This document shows positions 1-12,048 of a DNA stretch of 64,000 bases, in pieces. The position numbers were made by a program, and so were the translations under genes. Numbering within the stretch: the first letter of the stretch is position 1; the number at the start of each line of letters is the position of its first letter. The notes below the pieces were generated by a model. It searched no databases. It was given only the letters and a program-made list of their open reading frames with translations, and had not been told where the DNA came from. The DNA is taken from the NCBI GenBank assembly GCA_964016885.1, contig OZ024742.1, positions 224,130,001 to 224,194,000 on the forward strand, read 5' to 3'. This DNA comes from Eledone cirrhosa (taxonomy: Eukaryota).

Positions 1-176
1 CAACACAGTACCTTCGAAATATATGTAATAAAGCATATATTTTGATTATGTGAATATCTTCAATTGTTAATATTTTGAATAATATTAAAACTCCAGGAAT
101 ATTTCCTTGTTGAGTGCTTTTAATCTATTGTAAAACTGTATTCATTGAGTAATCAATGAACCATAATAATCTTTGG

Positions 177-259
<83 letters not shown>

Positions 260-261
<2 letters not shown>

Positions 262-510
262 AAAAGAGTCAGGATCCCTACGGTTGAGCTCCGGCCGTTT
301 CGACAGCTAGATCCGAACTAAGCCAGCAGTATTAGAACAGCGGGAATCTAGCGGACCTTATCAAGGGGTACAGTCCCTTCGTTCTAATACTGCTGACTTA
401 GTTCGGATCTAGCTGTCGAAACGGCCGGAGCTCAGCCGTCGGGGTCCTGAATACGAGTACTCTGGTGCGTTATGGGTCCACCTGGTATTCTACTCACTAC
501 TTTCTTTGTT
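260..510. mobile_element. Fold-back Penelope-like terminal-repeat fragment (family P1) next to (TA)n
   Basis: Inverted arms 269-338 and 381-450. The downstream GAGTACTCTGGTGCGTTATGG tail is shared with copies at 44085, 50360, 50660 and 52021. Confidence 0.7.
274..369 (-). ncRNA. Type I hammerhead ribozyme motif with U3-A8 core variant
   Basis: Minus strand reads ACCCC-TTGATAA-[stem II GCTAGATTC...GGATCTAGC]-GAAA-CGG...CCG-TA-GGGAT. Stems I, II and III and a GUA triplet are all present. Confidence 0.65.
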
Positions 511-1005
511 CAATATAATATAATAATTATCTAATATATTATATACATACATAATATTAAATATAATATATATATATAATATATATATATAATAATATAT
601 ATATCTATATATATTCATATATTGATAATATATATACATATACATATATATATATATACATATATACATATCTTTTATATATATATATATATATATTAAA
701 TATATATAATATAAGTGGAAGTTTAGTAAATTCGAACTTTGGCTGCACGGCCAAGCAAAGTCAACCTACAATTAGGAATGGAGTAGCAAAGCACTCCAAT
801 AAGGAGGTAGGTCCTTAGAGTAATAACATTACGTTTAGATAGCTTGACAAATTGAAAATTGTGGCAGGCAAAACCCAACCATACAATACCAAAACAACGG
901 AAAAACTAATATATATATATATATATATAAAAGTAGCGAAACAAACGGTTATTAAACAATTTTCTAAATAAATTAAAAAATGATTAAATAATCACCTGTT
1001 CAGAT

Positions 1006-1086
1006 GCTGTTACCGACGGTTTCATCATTCCGAAAGATTGGAAATCCAACGAATTTCCAATGGAAAGAAATGAATCTTCAGACAGC
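1006..1086 (-). ncRNA. Type I hammerhead ribozyme (copy 1)
   Basis: Reverse complement of the motif at 2310-2390. Confidence 0.75.
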
Positions 1087-1462
1087 CCTATTTCCACGCT
1101 ATAAGGTATAGCAAGTAAATATTATGCTCCCTGCCCAACGCATGCGGTCAAGCCGTTAAAGTGACACACACGCAAATCAGGTCGCTGATAAAAGCTGGAT
1201 ATTATAAACATGTCGAATTGCCACTAAAATTAGCGGCATTATTCAACGTTTTGTTCTCTACGTAAGGAGAATAAATTATAGAAGTGGATGGATACTTCAA
1301 CAGGTACAATGTACTTGTAGAAATATTCAAGTTGTTTATAATACATGTGGTTCAATGGCACTAATCCGAGATACCAGAACAATATAAAAGTAGCGAAACA
1401 AACGGTTATTAAACAATTTTCTAAATAAATTAAAAAATGATTAAATAATCACCTGTTCAGAT

Positions 1463-1543
1463 GCTGTTACCGACGGTTTCATCATTCCGAAAGATTGGAA
1501 ATCCAACGAATTTCCAATGGAAAGAAATGAATCTTCAGACAGC
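1463..1543 (-). ncRNA. Type I hammerhead ribozyme (copy 2)
   Basis: Reverse complement of the motif at 2310-2390. Confidence 0.75.
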
Positions 1544-1919
1544 CCTATTTCCACGCTATAAGGTATAGCAAGTAAATATTATGCTCCCTGCCCAACGCAT
1601 GCGGTCAAGCCGTTAAAGTGACACACACGCAAATCAGGTCGCTGATAAAAGCTGGATATTATAAACATGTCGAATTGCCACTAAAATTAGCGGCATTATT
1701 CAACGTTTTGTTCTCTACGTAAGGAGAATAAATTATAGAAGTGGATGGATACTTCAACAGGTACAATGTACTTGTAGAAATATTCAAGTTGTTTATAATA
1801 CATGTGGTTCAATGGCACTAATTCGAGATACCAGAACAATATAAAAGTAGCGAAACAAACGGTTATTAAACAATTTTCTAAATAAATTAAAAAATGATTA
1901 AATAATCACCTGTTCAGAT

Positions 1920-2000
1920 GCTGTTACCGACGGTTTCATCATTCCGAAAGATTGGAAATCCAACGAATTTCCAATGGAAAGAAATGAATCTTCAGACAGC
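1920..2000 (-). ncRNA. Type I hammerhead ribozyme (copy 3)
   Basis: Reverse complement of the motif at 2310-2390. Confidence 0.75.
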
Positions 2001-2309
2001 CCTATTTCCACGCTATAAGGTATAGCAAGTAAATATTATGCTCCCTGCCCAACGCATGCGGTCAAGCCGTTAAAGTGACACACACGCAAATCAGGTCGCT
2101 GTATCCATCCACTTCTATAATTTATTCTCCTTACGTAGAGAACAAAACGTTGAATAATGCCGCTAATTTTAGTGGCAATTCGACATGTTTATAATATCCA
2201 GCTTTTATCAGCGACCTGATTTGCGTGTGTGTCACTTTAACGGCTTGACCGCATGCGTTGGGCAGGGAGCATAATATTTACTTGCTATACCTTATAGCGT
2301 GGAAATAGG

Positions 2310-2390
2310 GCTGTCTGAAGATTCATTTCTTTCCATTGGAAATTCGTTGGATTTCCAATCTTTCGGAATGATGAAACCGTCGGTAACAGC
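2310..2390 (+). ncRNA. Type I hammerhead ribozyme (copy 4)
   Basis: GCTGT-CTGAAGA-[TCATT..ATTGGAAAT..ATTTCCAAT..AATGA]-GAAA-CCGTCGG-TA-ACAGC. 5-bp stem I, canonical core, extended stem II, near-palindromic minimal stem III, GUA site at 2383-2385. Confidence 0.8.
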
Positions 2391-2569
2391 ATCTGAACAG
2401 GTGATTATTTAATCATTTTTTAATTTATTTAGAAAATTGTTTAATAACCGTTTGTTTCGCTACTTTTATATTGTTCTGGTATCTCGAATTAGTGCCATTG
2501 AACCACATGTATTATAAACAACTTGAATATTTCTACAAGTACATTGTACCTGTTGAAGTATCCATCCAC

Positions 2570-2640
<71 letters not shown>

Positions 2641-2809
2641 TATATATATATTTATTAAAATAACAGATTCAAGTTTAAGCAAAGAATCGCAGCTTTCACC
2701 CTTAACGGGATCTTCTGAATCTAAAAAAAAAAATCAATCCGTGAACGCAGAAGTAAATATTTCGAAAAACGTTGCAACCGAAGGAAGACAGGAAGACGAT
2801 ACTTTGGTT

Positions 2810-3260
2810 CGTGGAAACGTTCCCTGGCAAAGAACGAAAAAAAAAAAAAAACGAAGATAATACGTCATTATTTGGAGCGGTGAAAACAATTACACGCAAA
2901 GACAAAACCACGTCATGGTATAAATGAAGTCGTAGACTAATATTCTATTAGGTGGTTTGTGGAGACGTTCCCTGGCAATGAACGGAAAAAACGAAGATAA
3001 TACGTCATTATTTGGGGCGTGATAGAGGGTCGGATGCCATGCTTTGAAGCATAGAGTTACCTCCCTGTATGATCTGAGTTCAAATCCCGCCGCGGTTAAC
3101 TTCCGGGGTCGATAGAATAAAGTACCAGTAATGCACTGGGTAATTGTTGGCCTTGTGCCAAAAGTAGAAACAATTATTTGGGGCGGTGATAACAATTACA
3201 CGCAAAGACAAAACCACGTCTATGGTATAACTGAAGTCGTAGACTAAAATTCTATTTAGG
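2810..3260. repeat. Local ~150-bp tandem duplication, second unit interrupted by a SINE
   Basis: GTGGA(A/G)ACGTTCCCTGGCAA at ~2811 and ~2959. ACAATTACACGCAAAGACAAAA at ~2887 and ~3192. Confidence 0.7.
3020..3172 (+). mobile_element. tRNA-derived SINE (family S1), internally deleted, with TSD
   Basis: B-box GAGTTCAAATCC, 3' end GGCCTTGTGCCAAAAGTAGAAACA, and TSD ATTATTTGGGGCG on both sides. Confidence 0.8.
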
Positions 3261-3291
3261 AAACCGAATGATTCTCGGCTTCACAGTTAAG

Positions 3292-3355
3292 AATAATTGT
3301 TTCTACTTTAGGCACAAGGCCAGCAATTACCAGTGCATTACTGGTACTTTATTTT
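3292..3355 (-). mobile_element. SINE S1 3' fragment
   Basis: Reverse complement of the S1 3' end (TGTTTCTACTTTAGGCACAAGGCC...CTGGTACTTT). Confidence 0.7.
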
Positions 3356-3844
3356 ATATTACAGAGGTTATTGAAATCAGCAATAATTAAATATATACAT
3401 GCACGCATCCATATACGTACATACACATGCATACGCGGAAACACCCGCCATGGGTATGCAAATACAGGCACATATACAAAACCACGCACACACACACAAA
3501 AACCCACGCAACGCCTGTACCCGCACACATACGAACGTATACACCAAATACACATAAAACATATAAATAAAAAAAAAAAATATATATATACATGTGTGTA
3601 TGTGTGTGCCCGTATACATATAATTATATAAACGTATATAAATATACACACATAAATACGTATATAACGCGCGCACACACACACACACACACACCCACAT
3701 GTAAATACACATATGTTCGCTAAACGAACGTCAACCAAAACACAAAGTACACATATATACACACCCTACATACGTGCAAACCCGCATACACACACAAACG
3801 CAAAACTCACATATACACATAACCATAGGTCTCCACCCTTTTGG

Positions 3845-4108
3845 TGTGAACAGGTTCAGGCGTGGGCTATCCCCCCAAGGTGGGAGACAGAGAGCGACTG
3901 GTATATAAAGCCTATATTTTCACACTTTATAGACAGAGAGATCGGAGCATTACGCTAGCAACAAACTATGTAATGATTCACCGCTACCTTCAGGCCCCAG
4001 AGGTCTACATAAATACAGAGAGATCGGAGCACTACGATACAGACCAGCTATGTGAAAGATTCACCGCTATCTACAGGCCACAGTGGCCCACAGTCAATTA
4101 CAGACCAT

Positions 4109-4187
<79 letters not shown>

Positions 4188-4419
4188 CTGGTCGCAGACT
4201 AAACCAGACGAGAACTACTACCAAGGACTACAGCCACCAACAAACTTTGTCTGGTCGCTCGCTGTTTTCACATCAACAACAAAATAACATTGTCAACCTT
4301 CGCAACTCGTGGTAACTTGATTATTCTTCTTTTTGATTCAAGTGAAGTAAACCTTAATATATAAACTAAATCATTTATTCTGTGTTATCAGCATAACGAC
4401 TGTTATAATCCTTCTAACA
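3845..4419 (+). mobile_element. Possible solo LTR or other interspersed repeat
   Basis: TGT...ACA ends, TATATAAA at ~3902, internal repeats ACAGAGAGATCGGAGCA. No TSD found. Confidence 0.3.
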
Positions 4420-4440
4420 ATTACTACTAATACCCTTCGT

Positions 4441-4476
<36 letters not shown>

Positions 4477-4493
4477 CCCCCCCCCCCACACAA

Positions 4494-4538
<45 letters not shown>

Positions 4539-4652
4539 ATAGTAGAACACCGGAGGGTTATATCCGTAGTAGTAGAGCACTCAGTCCATGGGACGAGTTT
4601 GGTAGAAATAGTTCCACAACAGTTAGTTCACCATTACCGTATTTTTATTGCT

Positions 4653-4684
<32 letters not shown>

Positions 4685-4688
<4 letters not shown>

Positions 4689-5360
4689 CATGAGAAGAAA
4701 GAAGAATACTTCGTGGTTTGCACATGGGTTACATATGATAAAAATAGTCCTTCGTCAGTGATTTTGGTATTTCATCGCATTAAAAATCAGATACCTCAGG
4801 TTGGTGCGAGCAATAACTAAAAAAAGTTATTGGGACCAGAATTCACGTAAGGCGAGGGGGACAAGTAAACAAGATAGAAGGATAAAAGCAAACCGAAGAT
4901 AGGAAAATAAACAAGCAACATGGTTGTCCGGTCAGCATAAGCTGGGTGGATTTCATGAGCGAGAGAGGTACAGACCGTGTTGATGTGTGTGAGATGTGAG
5001 CAAGAAGAGACCCACACAAGCCAAATGGGAGGGAGTGAGAAGGGGAGAAACAGAGAGTGAGTGAGTGGAAGTGTGAGGAAGAGGTCAGTCGAGAGAAAGT
5101 GTAACTGACAGAGGGGGCGAAAGAAGGCGAGAGAAACAGAGAGAGCGGGGAAGCAGTAAGAGAGAAACAGACAAACGCAGCCGAGGTAAATATATATAAA
5201 AAAAACATGAGAAGAAAGAAGAATACTGCGTGGTTTGCACATGGGTTACATATGATACAAATAGTCTTTCGTCAGTGATTTTCCAACCATCATTGGTATT
5301 TCATCGCATTAAAAATCAGATACCTCAGGTTGGTGCGAGCAATAACTAAAAAAGGTTATT

Positions 5361-5365
<5 letters not shown>
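4685..5365 (-). mobile_element. (TA)n-embedded element with ~150-bp terminal direct repeats (Penelope pLTR-like, family P2)
   Basis: 4685-4835 is repeated at ~5202-5364. CTGACGA lies on the minus strand. Homologous to 12390-12553 in the opposite orientation. Confidence 0.6.
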
Positions 5366-5439
<74 letters not shown>

Positions 5440-5609
5440 CCACTTACACTCGTATATATTCTGCTAACAACAGCGCCTGACGTGAGTGGATCATGGTATT
5501 CAATATGTGACTTCATTATAGAACATGATTTACATGATTTACATGACTGCGGTAAGATATGTCATTAAGCTAGTCATGACCTCGGCCGACACCTATCAAA
5601 GTGAGATAC

Positions 5610-5790
5610 GTATGTATGTATGTATGTATGTATGTATGTATGTATGTATGTATGTATGTATGTATGTATGTATGTATGTATGTATGTATGTATGTATGTA
5701 TGTGTGTGTATGTATGTGTGTATGTGTGTATGTATGTATGAATGTATGTATGTATGTATGTATGTATGTGTGTGTATGTATGGATGTATG

Positions 5791-5825
<35 letters not shown>

Positions 5826-5900
5826 TTGCATGTATGTATGTGTGTGTGTGTGTGTGTATGTACGTATGTATGTATGTATGTGTGTGTATGTATGGATGTA

Positions 5901-5933
<33 letters not shown>

Positions 5934-6082
5934 TTGCATGTATGTATGTGTGTGTGTATTTATGTATGTACGTATGTATGTATGGATTGGTTGAATGTAT
6001 GGTTGTTTGTATGTATATATGTATGTATATGTACGTATGTATGTATGTATGTATGTATGTATGTATGTATGTATGTATGTAT
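5610..6082. repeat. (TATG)n/(TG)n compound microsatellite
   Basis: Direct inspection. Confidence 0.95.
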
Positions 6083-6690
6083 GTCTGGTCACCAGTTGCT
6101 GCTACTGGTAACATGTATCCCAGTACAACCTGTCTCATGGTCTGGTCGTTGGCGACTAAACTGGCAACCCCACCAAGGTTTCTTGATGAGGAGGGTGACT
6201 TTGGACATCCTGCAGGACTAAAAACAAAACCTGTCAAAGGGCAAAGGAGTTCTTAAGAGTCAATGGCCATCCAAAATCACCGGGAGAGATGACCCCTTAG
6301 CCTTTGTCAAGGCAGAATTCTAGAAGAACGAAAACTCTGATATAACACCTGCAACTCTGATGGTATCCAATGATGTTGACTTGTTCTTCTTTTTTGTAAA
6401 TATCATCTTGGTTAAGAGAGTGGGACTGGCTTTGTGCAGTGCCTTTGCTCACTATAAAACTTCACGGCATAGGCATTGCTTTATATCTGGAGATCTCTCT
6501 GCACTTGTCGTCACATGGTACCATGGGCCCAGCACTATGTGTCAATAATTGTCACAAGTGTAGTGTTTGTACCAGAGTTTTCAAGTCGCTGGCTGGACTA
6601 AAAAGTCACACTCGTTCAGCGCATCGGTAGGGGTTCTCCTACATGGATATAAAGTAGTGGCCGTACTCAAAAACGAGTTGGCAGCCACCA
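6083..6690 (+). mobile_element. Non-autonomous RTE-derived retroelement (family R1) with (TATG)n tail
   Basis: The 3' part encodes CSVCTRVFKSLAGLKSHTRSAHR*, like the C-terminal zinc finger of RTE ORFs. No RT. Near-identical copies at 55778, 56348, 57418 and 61420. Confidence 0.75.
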
Positions 6691-7039
6691 TGTGTATGTA
6701 TGTATGTATGTATGAATGTGTGTGTGTGTATGTATGTATGTATGCTATCAGACATACTGCTATATGTTTTACAGGTTGCAAACATCATCTGATCTAAATA
6801 TATTCTATTTTATATCTATAAGTCGCAGTTACTTGCAATACAAATTTCACCAGTTACTGCTACTTAGAATGTGTGTGTATGTGTGTGTGTGTGTGTGTGT
6901 TGGTGTGTGGGTTTTGCGTGTAAACACATTTTAACAATGTTAAAAAAAGGAATATAACAATAAAATTAAAACAAAGGAGGTTCCTCAATAGGGAGGAGAA
7001 GTTCGAGGGTTACTCGTGGAAAAAATTCCATAAAAACAC

Positions 7040-8560
7040 GGGTGTTCTGATCTCTAGGGTCACTGCCCTGTCCCAGTTGTTCCCTTTCTATCTACAGGCT
7101 CACACTCAGAGCGTGCCCATTCACTCGGAGCATGCTCGCCTCTCTCTCCTACCTTTCAATAAATTGCTTTGAAGGCAGTACTTTCCTTTCCACCCAGAGT
7201 TTCCTTTTCATGTGAAACCTGCTAATCAGGGTTTCATCAAAGAGGAAAGTGCTCATCTTCAAACCTTTCAAGTGTCTCCCTCATACCACCTCTTTTTGCA
7301 ATGTCACAAGACAGATAAAATCGGTCTGTCCTTCTTGAATAAAAGAAGGCGACGGGACTCGGTTGATAACCGGAGTTCTACAAGCGACAGAAGGCCAGGG
7401 ATTTCTGGAAATTGTCCATGGGCACTAGACTGAAAGTCCTCCTGAAAAGAGTAGTTAGTTGATTTTCATCGATGTCTAGAGTTTCCCCCAACAACGTCGT
7501 CGCTTTCATCCGCCACTAAATCCCCATAAAACGACATGGTTGAGTTTCCACCGATCATATTGCCCAATTGGCGGAGGGCTGTAAGCGCATGAAGACATTC
7601 TAGTTTCGAAGCGCCCCCCCCCCCCCTCAGTCTTCGCTTGACCCAGGACTGCAGTTCAATTAAAGATACGAGCTGAGGGAACATGTATCTGGTGAACGGT
7701 GACCGCACATGTTCACCGTTAAGGAAAAGTTGGAGACATCGTAGACTCAGCGCATGTCTGCGCATCTTAATCCATGGCATTCCCAGTCCTCCACGCAGCG
7801 GGTGTTGACAGCAGGTGGATTGCCTGACCATTAGAACGCATCCCTTCCACAAGAAGCGGAAGAACAAATCCTCCAGTCCAGTAAGATGGGATTTGGGACA
7901 AGGCACGATGGGTAGGTGGTAGTAGATGACGGACACGTTCGTTACCTCTGCCTTACCTTTCAGTGACAGCTTTCTCTCAGCCGATTTCTGGATGAGATTG
8001 GCCAATTTTGGTCTATCTGCAGTCCGGACCGAACCAGACCCCGATGACGCTGTTGGACAACATTGATCTGCCTCTCCAAGTCTCAAGTCGCAGGCCCACC
8101 GACTTTTCCTGGTGGATTTTCGCTCCTGTCAGAGCTTCGTATTCCCTCAGATTAGTGCCAATCACCTCAATATGTTCGGTGCTTGACACTATAATGGTGA
8201 CATCGTCGGAATAAGCTGACACAGATCTCCCATGTCCTAGTTCGCACGGGATGTCCCTCAACGTCCCTAATTAGTGCAGTAGTGACTCGATAGTCAACAC
8301 ATATAACAGGGACGAGAGGGAACAGCCTTGGCGGACAGAGCGCATGATGTTGAACGGTTCCGAGAGGTGACCGTTTACTCTAACCACAGAGCAGATGTCA
8401 CTATGTATAGCAGCTATCCACCATCAGAAAACGGACCCGAAGCCGGCCGCTTTGACGACCACAGCCAGTTACCGATGGTCGACCTTATCGAAAGCTTTCG
8501 ATTGATCTAAATTGATCAGTGCCCACCCGTGCCATGTTCCTTTTCCACCCTCTCTACGTG
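7040..8560 (-). pseudogene. Decayed Tx1/L1-clade LINE ORF2 (reverse transcriptase)
   Basis: Minus-strand motifs LDQSKAFDKVDH, RSVRQGCSLS, SAYSDDVT, KIHQEKS, LSLKGKAEV, FFRFLWKG and GGLGMP, with stops and frameshifts. Confidence 0.85.
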
Positions 8561-8574
8561 CCTGTGGAGTGGTG

Positions 8575-8780
8575 AGTCACTTACGGTATACTACAAGATG
8601 GAATGTATTCGTAATTCACATGCTTGCAGTGTCACACACTGTTGTGCTGGCTCTCCCTGAGAAATACGTTAAGGGTTCACTTGTCTGTGGAATGTTCAGA
8701 CGCTCGTATATTAATTTCATGAGCAAGCTGTTTCGTTGTTCGAACAACTGGAACACACGACGTTGTAATTGGGGGAGGTC
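8575..8780 (+). mobile_element. Degenerate SINE-like interspersed repeat
   Basis: GC-richer block ending at (CA)n that resembles octopus SINE 3' regions from memory. Not verified. Confidence 0.3.
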
Positions 8781-8781
8781 C

Positions 8782-8898
<117 letters not shown>

Positions 8899-8983
8899 GA
8901 ATATATACAGACCCACTCACTTAGATGACACACGCACACACACACACATATGTACACATAGGTAAAACTCCAATCATTTTAAT

Positions 8984-9055
8984 CACGACACATTTTTCAA
9001 TAAGAGATAGATCGATCGTAAAGCCATGATCAATTATCACTGATCTCATCAGGTG
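8984..9055 (-). ncRNA. Hammerhead-like motif with expanded stem II
   Basis: CAC-CTGATGA-GATCA...TGATC...-GAAAAATGT-GTC-GTG. Confidence 0.5.
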
Positions 9056-9125
9056 AAAATGAATTGTCTTCAAATTCTTGATATGAGGGAGAAAATTACC
9101 AATGTTCACTCACAGAGTTTATTCC

Positions 9126-9195
<70 letters not shown>

Positions 9196-9479
9196 TAAAC
9201 GGAAAAGAAAATGCTGACAAATTGTTCCCAGTGGTAAATGATTTAATTAGGAATAAGTAAAAATTAGTAATAGTATTGGTTAGTATTCAGTTTTGGTTTT
9301 AAGTTTTACCGGTTGCGCATTTCTAATGCTTTTCAAAAATAATTTTGAGATAGAGCGTCCGTGATATTTGCTCTAATGTATATATATAAATATATATATA
9401 TATTATTCAAAATATTAATAAATGAAGACGTTCACATAATCAAAATATGTTTTATTATATATATTTCGGAGGTACTGTG

Positions 9480-9754
<275 letters not shown>

Positions 9755-9798
9755 GATATTAAACAAATGGAAACTATATTTATAAAACCATATTTATT

Positions 9799-9856
9799 TC
9801 ATTATACATATTTCGGGGATACCATATTAAAAATATGGCATGCCTTCGTCAGATAA
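9799..9856 (-). ncRNA. Minimal type I hammerhead motif (family P3)
   Basis: TTAT-CTGACGA-AGG..ATGCCATATT-TTT-AATATGGTAT..CC-GAAAT-ATGT-ATA-ATGA. Related partial ends at 1-85 and 9402-9480. Confidence 0.55.
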
Positions 9857-9962
9857 AATACAATATATAAACAGTTTTATAAATAATTTTGACGTACCAT
9901 AAATATGAGCGACCATTAAGGTAGGAAGCTGGTTGTAACCCAACAATTTTAAATAAAACTTT

Positions 9963-10006
<44 letters not shown>

Positions 10007-10828
10007 TACACACACTCATACAACACACACATAGACAATACATGCACGCCTTAGCATTCATATTTATAATTGCGTGAATGTGTGTTTATAGTTGTGCGGC
10101 GTTCGTGTTTGCGGCTATGTTTGTTAGTAGTCGTGTGCGTGTGCGTATGTGTGTGTATGTGTGTGTGTGTGTGTGTGCTTGCAGTTATGTGCGTACTTGT
10201 AAATGTGTGCGTGTGTGTGTTTATAGCTGTGTGTGTGTGAATGCGTTTAGTTGTGTGTGTATGCGTGTTATGTTAACGTGTAGTCATTTAACAATGTAAT
10301 ATATCAGTTGAAGTGGCTAATAAACAAGAAAGCTTATCTAGAGTTCTGTTTATTTTATCTTGCATATAGGGCAGATTATTGCAGTCATTTCTGCAACTGT
10401 AACTACAGATTGCACATTGCAGTTGAATGACAGTTTGTCCTTGGGTGAACAACCGATTGAGTGTCTGTGCGTGAGAGAGACGAAGACAATGTTATCTATA
10501 TTTGCATCATCTGATAATATTTGCCTTAATATCAAAGAGAAAAACAATTGTTGATGTATATATTTATATATATATACTGTGTATATATATATATATATAA
10601 TATATATATATATAATAATAAAAAATTTGTAGACTAAAATCCAAAGAGGGCTCGATAAGGATAAATATATATCAAATATATAAGAACCGTAGACCAAATA
10701 TTTTAATAAATATATATATATATATATACACACATATATATATATATATATATAAAAAATATACAGAATATATATATACGGTATATATAAATTACACAAT
10801 AATCAAAACTATGTTCAAAACATTTTAT

Positions 10829-10875
10829 TGCTGACAATCGTTTCTTCCAAACTTTCGTTAGATTTCATCGGAGCA
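10829..10875 (-). ncRNA. Degenerate minimal hammerhead motif
   Basis: TGCT-CCGATGA-stem-GAAAC-GATT-GTC-AGCA, with a U4>C change in the core. Confidence 0.45.
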
Positions 10876-11080
10876 CTAGCAAAGTTTGGACATATAATTA
10901 ACTTCCTATTCAACTGAACAATCATATAGATCCATGGATATTAATGTTGTCAAAAACAGTTTCATATTTACAGAGTGGAATGGATGTGACAGAGATTACA
11001 AGAGAATTGTATAATAATTAAAGAGGCATTAATGCAGAACGTTACTCGTAAAACAAGGACATTAGCAGTACATATGCAAG

Positions 11081-11171
11081 CGTATAGAGAGTGCAAATGC
11101 GTTAGGCATATACAGGAGAGCTAGGTAGTATATGCCTAACGCATTTGCACTCTCTATACGAAACGTGCGTA
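11081..11171 (+). repeat. Perfect 33-bp inverted repeat ending in a hammerhead 3' half
   Basis: Arms 11081-11113 and 11128-11160, immediately followed by (G)AAAC-GTGC-GTA. Confidence 0.65.
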
Positions 11172-11276
11172 AAAGTTCGATACGTAATAAATATTTTTCA
11201 TATGTAAACGAAAATTCCTCGATTTTTCTATTATATACACTCTGCCTTGATTTGGTACCAACACCAGTATTTCATC

Positions 11277-11325
<49 letters not shown>

Positions 11326-11382
11326 GTGTATGTGTGTGTGTGTGTGTGTGTGTGTAAGTGTGTGTGTATACATATACACACA

Positions 11383-11487
<105 letters not shown>

Positions 11488-12012
11488 ACACACACACAGA
11501 CACACACACATATATATATATACACATGATGTATGTTTTGAAAGAATTCAACTAACGAGAAGATGTTAAAGAAGTATAACAACATTTATAGTTATACACG
11601 AAATATATAATACATGTTTGAAAAGTGTATATGAAACATATTCACATGTATATAATGTATATATATATATATATATATATTTATATGCGTAGGAAAAGTC
11701 TTATACTCATAGGAAAAGAGAAGGCGCATATACAATGTATGTATTTGCAGTATATGCAAAATGTGTATGAAGCAAATATATATGAAAAGCGTATATAAAA
11801 TTTTCACGGGTATATAAAAAGTGTATATACATCTTATGTATGTATGGGCCCGTAACTCCCGATAGATGGAGTCGTAGGGAAGCCGTAGTTACATACAGCC
11901 TGTCTGTCTGTCTGTCTATGTATGCATGTATGTTTGTGTGCATATATATATAAAGACATTTTTTCCAATTCCAACCCACCCGTCCCCTCAATCTATCTTA
12001 TTTCTCATTCTT

Positions 12013-12048
12013 TCTTCTGATGAAGGACTAGCAGCCGAAACGTTAAGA
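12013..12048 (+). ncRNA. Minimal hammerhead motif in a Penelope-type terminal repeat (family P4)
   Basis: TCTT-CTGATGA-AGGACTAGCAGCC-GAAACGTT-AAGA. Homolog on the minus strand at ~47355-47490 with stem II GGAC-TAGC-GTCC. Confidence 0.6.

Larger units (their letters stand above)
925..2577. mobile_element. 457-bp tandem repeat (about 2.6 copies) followed by an inverted copy; Penelope pLTR or retrozyme-like element
   Basis: AAGTAGCGAAAC starts at 931, 1388 and 1845 (period 457, near-identical). Orientation flips at ~2101 and the inverted copy spans 2101-2577. Flanked by (TA)n on both sides, with one hammerhead per unit. Confidence 0.85.

Noticed and set aside
716-905. Cluster of short hairpins between TA tracts
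   Set aside because: Stems are only 5-6 bp, with no second copy or conserved core seen.
2655-2722. Hammerhead-like string on the minus strand (CAGAAGA-TCCC..GGGT-GAAAG)
   Set aside because: The core is mutated and there is no convincing stem III or cleavage triplet.
6083-6170. HDV-like ribozyme at the R1 5' end (GG-GTCGTTGGCGAC-TAA-ACTGG resembles P4-J4/2-P2)
   Set aside because: RTE 5' UTRs can carry HDV-like ribozymes, but I could not fit a proper P1/P3/L3. A descriptor search on the consensus would be needed.
10350-10554. Non-repetitive ORF on either strand
   Set aside because: No recognisable motif; short, and the minus-strand ORF is extended only by the adjacent TA repeat.
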